Below, in pieces: positions 17,718-27,094 of a stretch of 64,000 nucleotides of DNA. The position numbers and the translations under genes were made by a program. Positions within the stretch are counted from its first letter, which is position 1. Every line of letters starts with the position of its first letter. This DNA is from a virus, in IMG/VR virus record IMGVR_UViG_3300008117_004657, positions 1-64,000 of that record; one strand, given 5' to 3'. The notes beneath the pieces were generated by a model that saw only the letters and a list, made by a program, of their open reading frames with translations, was not told the DNA's origin and did not search any database.

Positions 17718-18050
17718 TTATCTCGTTACGTTAGGGAGGACAGTAATTATACCTTCAAATATTCGTGTCACTTCACCTGCACCATCATCTATTTCAACAT
17801 CATAAACGTATCGTCCTGGGGTTAAATTTGCGGTATTTGCTGCCGACATTATCATAGTGATTTCTCCTATATTAGGAGTCGTCACCTGAACATTAAAATC
17901 GTATTTTGTTGAGGAATAATAAGATTTACGCATTTGAGACCTAGCGGTATAACCGAATAGGTTTTGACCAGCTCCAGTGCCATCATTCACTGTAATTACA
18001 GTATTAAAAGTAGCACCCTGATCTATTGTAAGTTCTACAAATTCAGCCAC
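17718..18050 (-). CDS. Small Ig-like virion structural protein (BppU-like)
   Basis: LTIDQGATF...QMRKSY...GRYVYDVEI...RIFEGIITV.P.VTR pattern; GAGGAG SD. Confidence 0.7.
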   Translation of the reverse strand: MAEFVELTIDQGATFNTVITVNDGTGAGQNLFGYTARSQMRKSYYSSTKYDFNVQVTTPNIGEITMIMSAANTANLTPGRYVYDVEIDDGAGEVTRIFEGIITVLPNVTR

Positions 18051-18074
18051 ATTAAACTCCTCTTGTTAACGTGG

Positions 18075-18081
18075 TATTTAG
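18075..18081 (-). promoter_or_regulatory. Candidate late promoter variant (CTAAATA) for the fibre operon
   Basis: Intergenic tatttag about 25 nt upstream of the 18050 start. Confidence 0.5.
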
Positions 18082-18099
18082 TCAAACCAATATCTTTAC

Positions 18100-18414
18100 C
18101 TAAACAGAAAAACTACTTCCGCAACCACAAGTTGTTTGTGCATTAGGATTTTCTATTGTAAAGGTATGGCCCATAATATCTTCTTTGAAATTCAAAGTTG
18201 CAGAACTTAAATATTGCATACTAAAAGAATCTACAAGAATAGAAAATCCATCAAGAGGAATTTCAAAATCATCTTCAGAAAGTTCTTCTTCAAAGTCGAA
18301 TCCATATCTAAATCCAGAGCATCCTCCACCCTCAACGTAGACTCGCAAGTACTTATTTTCTTCATCTAAATATTGTTTAATTTCGTTGATCGCAGACTCG
18401 GTTACATTTAACAT
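18100..18414 (-). CDS. erpA: A-type iron-sulfur cluster carrier (ErpA/IscA/HesB family)
   Basis: LRVYVEGGGCSGFRYGF, VD.FSMQYL, NPNAQTTCGCGSSF with all three conserved Cys; AGGAGG SD. Confidence 0.92.
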   Translation of the reverse strand: MLNVTESAINEIKQYLDEENKYLRVYVEGGGCSGFRYGFDFEEELSEDDFEIPLDGFSILVDSFSMQYLSSATLNFKEDIMGHTFTIENPNAQTTCGCGSSFSV

Positions 18415-18436
18415 TAATACCTCCTATTAATACCTA

Positions 18437-18443
18437 TATTTAT
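18437..18443 (-). promoter_or_regulatory. Candidate T4-type late promoter (ATAAATA) upstream of erpA
   Basis: Intergenic tatttat about 22 nt upstream of the ATG. Confidence 0.45.
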
Positions 18444-18448
18444 TTTGC

Positions 18449-19006
18449 ATGGAAAAGACTATTTTAATGATACACACGATTCAAGATAAACTCTTGAATC
18501 ATCGATTGGAAGATTACATTTTAACATTTGATGACGGTCTTTACAACCATTTTTATTACTATCCAAAAATTAAAAAACTAAAAACAGAAAAAATATTTTT
18601 TATTTCAACAGATATTATTTGTGACGGTAAACAATCCAAACTTTTTATTAATTCAGAAGAATGCCACAAAAAAGCTTATATGGGTAATAAAGAAAATTTT
18701 ATGACATTAGAACAGATAAAATATTTATCCGAAGAAAAAAATGTTTTCATTGGAGGACATTCACATTTTCATAAAAATTTAAATTTGTTTTCTAACTTAA
18801 ACGACACAATAAGTCATATTAAAAAAGACACTGAACTTATGTTAGAGTGGTTTCATAAAAAACTAAATTTATTTCCAAATAAGTTTTGTTTTCCTTATAA
18901 TGATGACTTAAATGGATTATATAAATCGATATTGAAAACTTATGGTATTAATCAATTTTATGGAAAAGAAAGACTCGCAATAGAAAATATTAATTTGTCA
19001 AGTTGA
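18449..19006 (+). CDS. Polysaccharide deacetylase (CE4/NodB-like)
   Basis: LTFDDG, GGHSHFH and FCFPY motifs. Confidence 0.85.
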   Translation: MEKTILMIHTIQDKLLNHRLEDYILTFDDGLYNHFYYYPKIKKLKTEKIFFISTDIICDGKQSKLFINSEECHKKAYMGNKENFMTLEQIKYLSEEKNVFIGGHSHFHKNLNLFSNLNDTISHIKKDTELMLEWFHKKLNLFPNKFCFPYNDDLNGLYKSILKTYGINQFYGKERLAIENINLSS

Positions 19007-19574
19007 GTTTTGATGACAACATTTTGAAATAGATGTCCGATCTAAATTCATTTTGCCAAACTTTCTTTTCATTTTCATCAAAAGAAAAACCATGATTAAG
19101 TTTTATGGGCGCAAAATCTAAATCAATAAAACTTAATTCTTCTTTATACTCTATTATATTGTGAAGATTTAGAGATACATATCCCCAACCACATTTGACT
19201 GAATGATCCACTAACTTTTTTATATATTTTAAAAATTTTACTTGATTGGTACTTTTGAGATTTTGATCTACGAGTTTTCCTCTATAAGTAGAGTAACCAC
19301 AACAAATACCATTGTCATAAATGAATTCATGAAATGCAGGCACAGTCTCTTGAGTTATTAAACCCGTATGATAAATAGACATTTCTTTCATACCTAACCA
19401 TTGTAAATTTAGTCCGTCTAAAATATAATAACCTAAAGAAGTTCTTGAATAATATGAAATATTATTTATTATTTTGTAATAAAAGTTATTATCATAGTAT
19501 AAGGTAGCTTTTAAGTTATTACCCACATTTTCAATTTTTTTTAAATGTGAAAGATTTATATTCTCTAGAATCAT
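18990..19574 (-). CDS. Hypothetical protein, possibly a degenerate kinase-like (APH/PK-fold) protein
   Basis: YYKII, SLNLHNII and SFIDLD resemble the K, DxxxxN and DxD motifs, but the catalytic Asp is missing. Confidence 0.4.
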   Translation of the reverse strand: MILENINLSHLKKIENVGNNLKATLYYDNNFYYKIINNISYYSRTSLGYYILDGLNLQWLGMKEMSIYHTGLITQETVPAFHEFIYDNGICCGYSTYRGKLVDQNLKSTNQVKFLKYIKKLVDHSVKCGWGYVSLNLHNIIEYKEELSFIDLDFAPIKLNHGFSFDENEKKVWQNEFRSDIYFKMLSSKLNLTN

Positions 19575-19604
19575 AACAGATACGTTAAAATTTAAAATAA
19601 ATTT

Positions 19605-20249
19605 ATGCCACTACTTTTTGAAAATCCAAAATCAACTTTTATACACATTCCTAAAAATGCCGGAAATAGTTTCGAATCATGGGTAATTGAAAATAAAATT
19701 AAATATAAAAATGAATTCAATCACTACACTTTACAGCAATCTAAACAAATATGGCAAGATTTAGGTATAGTTTTTAGTTTTGTTAGAAATCCTTTTTCTA
19801 GAACCGTAAGCATTTTTCATTATTTAGGTCAAAATGCGGAAAGAAAAATTAAAGAAAAAAAATCAATCAACTTAATAGATGATTTGAAAACTGTAAAATT
19901 ATACAAAAAAGGTTTTGATTATTGGTTAAATTGTTTATTTGATACGTCTAGTGAATTTAATGAAAAGAATGAGGTTATGAGTTTTAATGGTGAAAGTAGT
20001 TGGCCTAGACGAGCACCTCAAGGATTTTGGTTTAATTGGGAAAAAATAGACTATGTAATTAAGATTGAAAAACTTAATCATGATATGGGAATATTGAAAG
20101 ACATATTCAAATTAAAAAAATGCACTTTAATACCTATTATAAATACTAGTGATCACAACGAATATAAAACTTATTATAATAATCAAAACAAAAAAATTAT
20201 TCGAAGTATGTTTGAATATGACCTGAACAATTTTAATTACGACTTTTAA
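19605..20249 (+). CDS. Sulfotransferase (Sulfotransfer_2-like)
   Basis: FIHIPKNAGNS (5'-PSB), SFVRNPFSR.VS (3'-PB) and a C-terminal D...FNY.F. Confidence 0.85.
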   Translation: MPLLFENPKSTFIHIPKNAGNSFESWVIENKIKYKNEFNHYTLQQSKQIWQDLGIVFSFVRNPFSRTVSIFHYLGQNAERKIKEKKSINLIDDLKTVKLYKKGFDYWLNCLFDTSSEFNEKNEVMSFNGESSWPRRAPQGFWFNWEKIDYVIKIEKLNHDMGILKDIFKLKKCTLIPIINTSDHNEYKTYYNNQNKKIIRSMFEYDLNNFNYDF

Positions 20250-20251
20250 AA

Positions 20252-21781
20252 ATGAATCATTGCTTATTATTTGGTGTAAATAACTATCACCGTTCTGCTG
20301 GTGCTCACAGAATAGCTTCTCAATTAAGAACAGACGGATGGGATGCCGAAGTTATAGACTTTTCAGTTAGATGGCCTTTAGAAAAACTTCAAGAATTAGC
20401 AAAATCTAGAATTAATAAAAATACAAAATTTTTTGGTTTTTCTTTTATATTCAATAGAATTCCCCAAGAAGAAGTGGTTGTTCAATTTATGAAATGGATT
20501 AAAAAAACTTATCCAAGTATAATTTTAATTGGTGGCGGTCAAGGCCTAATGACAGAAAAGTTTTCTATTTTAGACTATTATCTGGTTGGTTATGGGGAGA
20601 TAGGACTTAAAGCATTACTTTCTTATCTATTTTCGAATGGAGAAAAACCTAACTTTGATGCTGCGTTGATATTAAAAGAGAAAAAAACAAAAACAATCAG
20701 TACATTACACAAATATCCTGCACACCCTTTTCCCGAAGCAATTATAAAATATGAGCCTAGAGATTTTTATACTGAGCATGAATTTGGTCAAATAGAATTT
20801 TCTCGCGGTTGTAAATTTAAATGTTCTTTTTGTAATTTTCCTATTTTGGGAGTTAAAGGAGATTATACGAGAGATCCAGAAAGTGTATATGAACAATTAA
20901 TGTTTAATTATGATAATTATGGTATAAGAGATTACACTATTGCAGATGAAACGTTTAATGACTATACAGAAAAGCTTACTAAATTTGCTGATGTTGTAGA
21001 CAGGTTACCTTGGAAACCTTTTATGTCATCTTTCATAAGAGCAGATTTATTAGTATCAAGAAAAAAAGATAGGGAAGAATTATTACGTATGGGAGTGACT
21101 GCTCATTACTATGGTATAGAAACGTTCAATGAAAAAGCGGGAAAATATATTGGTAAAGGTATGAATCCTGAAAAATTAAAAGAAGGAATGATTGAAGTAA
21201 AAAATTTTTTTAAAAGTCATGTAGGAAATCGTTATAAAGGAACTATTGCTTTAATTGCAGGACTTCCCGGTGAAACTTTAGAAAGCTTAGAACAAACAAA
21301 AAAATGGTTAATAAAAAACTGGAGAGATCAAGTCGTAGCACCAAATGTTTTAGAAATTCACAAACCAATACCGGGTGCAAGAAATTCTAAACTTGATGAA
21401 GAATATGAAAAATTAGGTTATCGTGAAATAGTGTTGGATGAAAAAATAATGCTAGAAAAAATAAAAATGATAATCCACCATGATAACTTCGACATTAAAG
21501 TTGGAGATTCAGAAGGTTTTTCTTGGGAAAATAATGATATGAGTATATATGATGCTATACGTTGGACAGCAGAAATTGAAAAAGAAGTCTATGAAATTGG
21601 AGGAATTGATTTAAAAAAACCAGCTGCTCTTAAATTAGCTCAAATGTATTGTGACGAAAAAGGAAATGTTTTACCTTTAGACGATAAATTATCATTAACA
21701 TCGGTTTACCATGAAGATGCATTAGGTTCTAATTTTCAAATTTTTGTTGATAAATATATAGAAAAAAAATTAAGTATTTAA
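20252..21781 (+). CDS. B12-binding-domain radical SAM enzyme (class B methyltransferase-like)
   Basis: N-terminal Rossmannoid domain (IGGG, GYGE), SRGCKFKCSFC, ADETFND, GIET, IAGLPGET. Confidence 0.85.
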   Translation: MNHCLLFGVNNYHRSAGAHRIASQLRTDGWDAEVIDFSVRWPLEKLQELAKSRINKNTKFFGFSFIFNRIPQEEVVVQFMKWIKKTYPSIILIGGGQGLMTEKFSILDYYLVGYGEIGLKALLSYLFSNGEKPNFDAALILKEKKTKTISTLHKYPAHPFPEAIIKYEPRDFYTEHEFGQIEFSRGCKFKCSFCNFPILGVKGDYTRDPESVYEQLMFNYDNYGIRDYTIADETFNDYTEKLTKFADVVDRLPWKPFMSSFIRADLLVSRKKDREELLRMGVTAHYYGIETFNEKAGKYIGKGMNPEKLKEGMIEVKNFFKSHVGNRYKGTIALIAGLPGETLESLEQTKKWLIKNWRDQVVAPNVLEIHKPIPGARNSKLDEEYEKLGYREIVLDEKIMLEKIKMIIHHDNFDIKVGDSEGFSWENNDMSIYDAIRWTAEIEKEVYEIGGIDLKKPAALKLAQMYCDEKGNVLPLDDKLSLTSVYHEDALGSNFQIFVDKYIEKKLSI

Positions 21782-22422
21782 TCTCTAGAAAAAATGAGTT
21801 GAAAAGCTTCAGCGTATTTTACTCCAACTTGAACACCTCTAAACTTTGATCGTATTTCCATCGACTCCACGCTGCGAGCATCTGGATACTCATAGATTTC
21901 TGTTGAATATAAATTTAAAACTCGTTTTTTTAAGTCTATAAAATTAGATACATCCACATATGTATTAGGTTCAAATTTAGAAACAATCTGAGAAAAAGAC
22001 CAATCACTACTTGCTGGCATTTCTGAAAAATAAAGTTTTTTTACTGTAGAATTTAGTTTAGGGCGGCATGCCACCATACATGATTGTGAAACTATTCTAT
22101 GGTCCTTGTGTAAATCACCTATACTGTGTGTATAAACTATTTCGGGTTTAAAATTATTTACAATATTTTCAACTAAACTTTTAGTTTCTGGTAAAGACAA
22201 TAAACAGTCGGAAAAGTTATATATTTCTGATCTAGCACCCAACAAATCACAAGCTTGTTTAAAAGATTTTTTTCTTTCGTAAGAAACTTGTTCATTTCCA
22301 GGTCTACTACCATCACATAGTGATACAACTAAAGTTTCATTTTTCAAAGATGTTTTAGCTATAGTTCCTGCCGGTCCATAACTTTCATCATCTGGATGGG
22401 CAAATAAAAAAAGTGTTCTCAT
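21778..22422 (-). CDS. PIG-L/LmbE family N-deacetylase
   Basis: AHPDDE, D.HKDH, and a C-terminal RG..VG..YAEAF. Confidence 0.9.
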   Translation of the reverse strand: MRTLFLFAHPDDESYGPAGTIAKTSLKNETLVVSLCDGSRPGNEQVSYERKKSFKQACDLLGARSEIYNFSDCLLSLPETKSLVENIVNNFKPEIVYTHSIGDLHKDHRIVSQSCMVACRPKLNSTVKKLYFSEMPASSDWSFSQIVSKFEPNTYVDVSNFIDLKKRVLNLYSTEIYEYPDARSVESMEIRSKFRGVQVGVKYAEAFQLIFSRD

Positions 22423-23342
22423 AACATATCTCTAATAATGTCATCTATATTTTTAGATGGTGAATAATTAATATATTTTTTAATTTTTGTTAAATCTGGA
22501 ATCCTAACTTTTATGTCACCGTGATTTTTAGAAAAAGCGTTTTCATAAGGTACGTGAATTATCTTACTTTTGGAGTTTGTTATTTCTATTACTCTTTTTG
22601 CTAAATCGTCGATTGTCATAGGAATATCATTGCCTATATTGAATAATTCTCCTTGGATTGAAGATACTTTAATTAAAGAATTTAATGCATCATCTATATG
22701 ACAAAAACATCTTATTTGTTGTCCTGTCCCATATACTATTAAATCTTCATTCGATTTAGCAGCCTGTACAAATTTTGGAAGGACCATACCGTAATCTGCC
22801 AATTGGCCGGGACCTACAACATTAAAAAATCGAACTATCGTATATGGAAAATTACTAGCTCGAATCATAAACTCCATCATAAGTTTACTGGTAGCGTAAC
22901 CCCACCGAAGTTTACTACTAGGACCTATGTTAGCATTTGATTCTTCTGAAAATGGACCTTCTCCATACACCTCACTTGTACTAGAAAATACAACATGCCT
23001 TTTAACTTTTTCAAATAGTGGTAAGAGTTTATTATTTAATTCAATATTATTAAAAAGTGTTTCAGATGGATATTTGTCGATATATTCAACACCAACACTA
23101 CCGGCTAAATGAAATATCCTATGATTTTTCCTAAAAAGTCTCAGTAAATCATTATCATCCATTTTTATAATATCAGCTTCAATAAATTCAAACAAATTTT
23201 TATATTCTGAAAAGTCATCTAAATTTATACTAGAGGTTTTTAAATTGTCAATAATAGTAACACGTTCTTGTCTTGTTTTTAATAGTTTATGTGTTAAATT
23301 TTGACCAATAAAACCAGCACCACCTAAAATAATATTATTCAT
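22419..23342 (-). CDS. NAD-dependent NDP-sugar epimerase/decarboxylase (extended SDR, ArnA/UXS-like)
   Basis: GGAGFIG, HLAGSVGV, STSEVYG, RWGYATSK (YxxxK), RFFNVVGP, RCFCHIDD. Confidence 0.88.
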   Translation of the reverse strand: MNNIILGGAGFIGQNLTHKLLKTRQERVTIIDNLKTSSINLDDFSEYKNLFEFIEADIIKMDDNDLLRLFRKNHRIFHLAGSVGVEYIDKYPSETLFNNIELNNKLLPLFEKVKRHVVFSSTSEVYGEGPFSEESNANIGPSSKLRWGYATSKLMMEFMIRASNFPYTIVRFFNVVGPGQLADYGMVLPKFVQAAKSNEDLIVYGTGQQIRCFCHIDDALNSLIKVSSIQGELFNIGNDIPMTIDDLAKRVIEITNSKSKIIHVPYENAFSKNHGDIKVRIPDLTKIKKYINYSPSKNIDDIIRDML

Positions 23343-24033
23343 AAATTATATCATCAAATAAAATATACAAATATAAATTTGAATTTATGTCATCAATTCC
23401 ATGCAACCAATTTCTAGAATTAAAATTGATAATCATTTGTTGATTTATATTTGGTAAAAAATATTTTTTTTCTTCACCGGGAAAATTTACTCTAAGTTTC
23501 TCCCACCAATTAATAAAATCAAAAGAGTCATTAAACCCGGACAATAAAGATTTTTTAGGCATGGTATCCATAGTATTCTCTATATACTTGAACCAAAAAT
23601 ATTCCTTTATTTCTTCTCTAATTAAAATAGGTACAATAAAAGTGCGGGTGTTAATGGGAACTGAGTCATCATGTATTCTATATGGATGAGTATGAGCACT
23701 AAGTTTTTTTATATTATTAATAGGTAAAGATTTATCATTTCCTTGTATCCAACAAACGAATTGTGAGAGAGTTTTAATTTTATCTTTTTCAACTTCATCT
23801 ATAAAAATTTTTAAATATGAATAAAGTTTTGTATTAATTAAAAATTCTCTAACTTCTTTTAGAGTCCCTCCAGCATTAAAATGTATTTTGAAAAGTAAAT
23901 TGACTTCGTTTTCAAATCCAACTAACGCATTTTTCTCTTTCATATTTTGTTTACAGATGTCAAATAGTAATCCAACATCACTATCCACAATTTTTAATTG
24001 TGAGGGTTTATAATCAACATTCAAATTATTCAT
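23335..24033 (-). CDS. Hypothetical protein, possibly a cupin/2OG-Fe(II)-type oxygenase
   Basis: AHTH and a distal WLHGI pattern consistent with a double-stranded beta-helix metal site. Confidence 0.4.
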   Translation of the reverse strand: MNNLNVDYKPSQLKIVDSDVGLLFDICKQNMKEKNALVGFENEVNLLFKIHFNAGGTLKEVREFLINTKLYSYLKIFIDEVEKDKIKTLSQFVCWIQGNDKSLPINNIKKLSAHTHPYRIHDDSVPINTRTFIVPILIREEIKEYFWFKYIENTMDTMPKKSLLSGFNDSFDFINWWEKLRVNFPGEEKKYFLPNINQQMIINFNSRNWLHGIDDINSNLYLYILFDDIIYE

Positions 24034-24623
24034 TTATCTAAACCCCTTTTACCTGAAGTAAAATTTTCGTAAATTTCACCTAAGGTTATTTGTTCGATCT
24101 CCAATTCTTTTAATTCTACCATACATTTAACAACTTTATCAACGTGAGCTATATAATGAATTTTGTTAAAATCTTTAGGTTTATATGCTTTTTTATTTAC
24201 ACATCGTTTAATAAAACAATCGTCTTGCATACCTATTCCGTAGACACTTGGTATCCTATAGTTTACATAATTTCTACCAGAATATTTCAAATAAACTTCC
24301 ATACTTTGTTTTGCTATATTATAACATTCTTGTGCTGTGTTGTCAACACTTAATACTCCCATACTACTGGCATTTACGAATAAAGCTGTTGAATTTATTT
24401 TTAATGCTTCTCTAGTAACATCGAATATTATATCCATAGTTTTGGTTGGATTATTTACTATAAAATTCGTTGTGCTTGGACAAGCTAAATGGTAAATAAT
24501 ATCGCAATCGATTTGTCGAAAATTTCTACCTATTTCGTAGACAGTATCACCATTTTCTTCTAAAAGTTTAACTAAATTTTTACCTATAAATCCAGTAGAA
24601 CCTGTAACAACAACACGTTTCAT
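24030..24623 (-). CDS. Short NAD-dependent epimerase/dehydratase, UDP-glucuronate decarboxylase-like
   Basis: VTGSTGFIG, IYHLACPS...NPTKT (compare UXS IYHLACPASP...NPVKT), YNIAK, R..SVYG. Confidence 0.75.
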   Translation of the reverse strand: MKRVVVTGSTGFIGKNLVKLLEENGDTVYEIGRNFRQIDCDIIYHLACPSTTNFIVNNPTKTMDIIFDVTREALKINSTALFVNASSMGVLSVDNTAQECYNIAKQSMEVYLKYSGRNYVNYRIPSVYGIGMQDDCFIKRCVNKKAYKPKDFNKIHYIAHVDKVVKCMVELKELEIEQITLGEIYENFTSGKRGLDK

Positions 24624-24625
24624 AA

Positions 24626-25117
24626 TTATTCTTCCAACAAATTACTTTTCCAGAGAGCGTCGTCCCAACCTAAACGTATAAATCTGACTCCATTATATTT
24701 TAATCCATCTTTCAAATTTTTTATAAAAGTTGAAGAATCTTTTGGATCATAAAGAGGAATATCTAAAGCTTTCATAAGTTGGTGATCATCGAAAACTAAA
24801 TGTCCTCTACCACAAATACTATAACAACCATTATGACCAGCGTTAACAAATACTATACTTCCATATTTTTCTGCCCAACCTTTGATGTTTAGTTTAATCT
24901 GCTCATAAGATTTATAAATCACAAATCCGGCAACTCCGTAAATAATTACTTTTTTCCCTTGACTTGCTAACCCAGCTGCAATATTAATCATGTTGGGTTC
25001 CTGTACTCCACAATTTATTATATTGTAATTTCCATCTGTCCATTTCCACATGTCACAATGTAAAAAATAAACTTCTCCTTTATATAAATTTAAAAATCTA
25101 TTTAAATATTTTCTCAA
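24626..25117 (-). CDS. Transketolase pyrimidine-binding (C-terminal subunit) domain, minimal
   Basis: NCGVQEPNMINIAAGLA, YEQIK, GH...DD, FIRL; lacks the third domain. Confidence 0.82.
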   Translation of the reverse strand: MRKYLNRFLNLYKGEVYFLHCDMWKWTDGNYNIINCGVQEPNMINIAAGLASQGKKVIIYGVAGFVIYKSYEQIKLNIKGWAEKYGSIVFVNAGHNGCYSICGRGHLVFDDHQLMKALDIPLYDPKDSSTFIKNLKDGLKYNGVRFIRLGWDDALWKSNLLEE

Positions 25118-26406
25118 TTATACCATCCATTACGTTCGCGTTCCAACCAGTCAATATAATTCATACCTTTTTGTATTTTAATAATTTCTGTTGGATCCAT
25201 TTGGTCACTAGGTGTTTTAATTTCACTGTCAAAACCGGATAGTATATAATCCCAAGCTTCCACAGGAAATATCTCCGTTTCTCTATACCTTTCTACTGGA
25301 ATATTTTTATAATGATTCCAGTATTCATTTTCTCGTTTACTGTACTTGTAATGTGCCACAACAAAATTAATTATATCATCATAATTTTTATTAACTTGAT
25401 TGTTATAATCATTTTCGGTTATTTCACCATCCAAATAACGTGTAATCTTTTCGAGAGCACTTGTTACGAGATAAATTCCTGTTGATTCTATAGGTTCTAT
25501 AAATCCGGAAGCTAAACCAACTCTAACTACATTATTCTTCAAATGTATTTTACATCTACCTGTACTAAACTTTACTCGACGAATATCTTTTTCTGTAACA
25601 TCGACATTTAATTTTTCTTTTATTGCTTGGATAAATTCAGACATAACATCAAATTTATCACTGTGTACATATCCCATGGCCAATTGATCTCCAAGTGGAA
25701 TATTCCAAACCCATCCGTAATTCATTGCCTTAAATATTGAGTATGGTTTGCATTGTTCTGCGCGATTTGTGTAAGAGTGGCGGTAAACTAATGCACAATT
25801 ATTTGGTATGATATGGCTAATATCAAAGTAATTATCAGGTATGTAACTAAACTTACTATTTAATCCCGTACAATCTATTAAAAAATCATAAGTATTTTCT
25901 ATTTCTTCCAAAACTGCTGTTTGCCTTTTAATAGTAACATTTTTTAAATTATGTACTTGTGTATCTAAATAATTCAACAATTCAGTACTTCTAAAATGTG
26001 TTGATGTATCTGGATAATTTAATACATTTTCCGACACTTTTTCTGTTTTCATCATACGTCTTGTGGACGTGGCATTATACGGTAAAGGTTCACCTAGACC
26101 AAAAGGAAAATCAAACTGTTCACCCGGCCTATTAAATCCATCAAATACTATACCTAATTTTAATGTTCCGTTACAATGATGAATTATATCTAAATTAGAC
26201 ATTCCTATTCCTATCTTAGAGAGGAAATGACTACTTCTAGGTACCAAAGCTTCACCAACACCAATAGGATTGTTTTCTTCTGGATATATCCAAGTAATCT
26301 CTTTGTCTGGATACTGATTACTTAGATAAAATGTAGTTAAGTATCCTGTAGTTCCACCACCAATGATTGTAATTCTGTTAATGTCTCTATTTTTTTGTAA
26401 TGCCAT
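25114..26406 (-). CDS. Flavin-dependent halogenase (tryptophan halogenase/PrnA family)
   Basis: IIGGGTTG, IGVGEA, CNGTLKLGI (catalytic Lys position), FLIDCTG, GWVWNIP (WxWxIP), GFIEPIESTG. Confidence 0.88.
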   Translation of the reverse strand: MALQKNRDINRITIIGGGTTGYLTTFYLSNQYPDKEITWIYPEENNPIGVGEALVPRSSHFLSKIGIGMSNLDIIHHCNGTLKLGIVFDGFNRPGEQFDFPFGLGEPLPYNATSTRRMMKTEKVSENVLNYPDTSTHFRSTELLNYLDTQVHNLKNVTIKRQTAVLEEIENTYDFLIDCTGLNSKFSYIPDNYFDISHIIPNNCALVYRHSYTNRAEQCKPYSIFKAMNYGWVWNIPLGDQLAMGYVHSDKFDVMSEFIQAIKEKLNVDVTEKDIRRVKFSTGRCKIHLKNNVVRVGLASGFIEPIESTGIYLVTSALEKITRYLDGEITENDYNNQVNKNYDDIINFVVAHYKYSKRENEYWNHYKNIPVERYRETEIFPVEAWDYILSGFDSEIKTPSDQMDPTEIIKIQKGMNYIDWLERERNGWYN

Positions 26407-27077
26407 TTTTTAATATCCTTTTCCATAGAAATTACGCCACTACCCTTAATCGTTTTTAAAAAAATAATATTAGGTTTTTCAGAAGAAATACTATTATAAG
26501 AATCTAAAATTTCTTTACGATTATGTCCTTCCACTTCTTGTATGTGCCAATTATAAAGTTTACACATGTCAATAATAGGATGAACTGATAAAATTTCATC
26601 TATTTTACCAGTAACTTGTGAATTATTATAATCTACTGTTACAAAAATATTTTTAATATTGTTATGTCCTATAAATTGAATAGCTTCGATTGTGTTTCCC
26701 ATTTGAAGGGTCGCATCACTAATATTAACCCAAACTTTTTTATTTTTATTTACCAGTGCTATACCAATTGAAACTCCTAAAGCATTACCCATTGTTTCTT
26801 CACTGTAATCAACAAAACTAATTTCGTCATGTTTAACACCTATACTAAGGTTTTCTACCTCATCGAGGTATTTTAATTTTTTCCAGATTAAATAATAAGT
26901 TTGCGCACCAAAAGGTTTACCTATAACAATACAATCATTTGGAGTTACAATTTCATTTGTAAATAATTCATCAACATAATCTAACATACTTAAAGCACTA
27001 GGAATATGAGATAAATTTTCTTTATAAGAATATTCTAATAATTCTTTTACAGTTATTTTATTTTTCAAATTGAACAT
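26337..27077 (-). CDS. Transketolase N-terminal (ThDP-binding) subunit
   Basis: SHIPSALS, MGNALGVSIG, SDATLQMG..IEA...DYNN (degenerate GDG-x-N), VEGHN, TIKGSG...WH. Confidence 0.85.
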   Translation of the reverse strand: MFNLKNKITVKELLEYSYKENLSHIPSALSMLDYVDELFTNEIVTPNDCIVIGKPFGAQTYYLIWKKLKYLDEVENLSIGVKHDEISFVDYSEETMGNALGVSIGIALVNKNKKVWVNISDATLQMGNTIEAIQFIGHNNIKNIFVTVDYNNSQVTGKIDEILSVHPIIDMCKLYNWHIQEVEGHNRKEILDSYNSISSEKPNIIFLKTIKGSGVISMEKDIKKWHYKKIETLTELQSLVVELQDT

Positions 27078-27094
27078 TAATAATTAATTTATAC

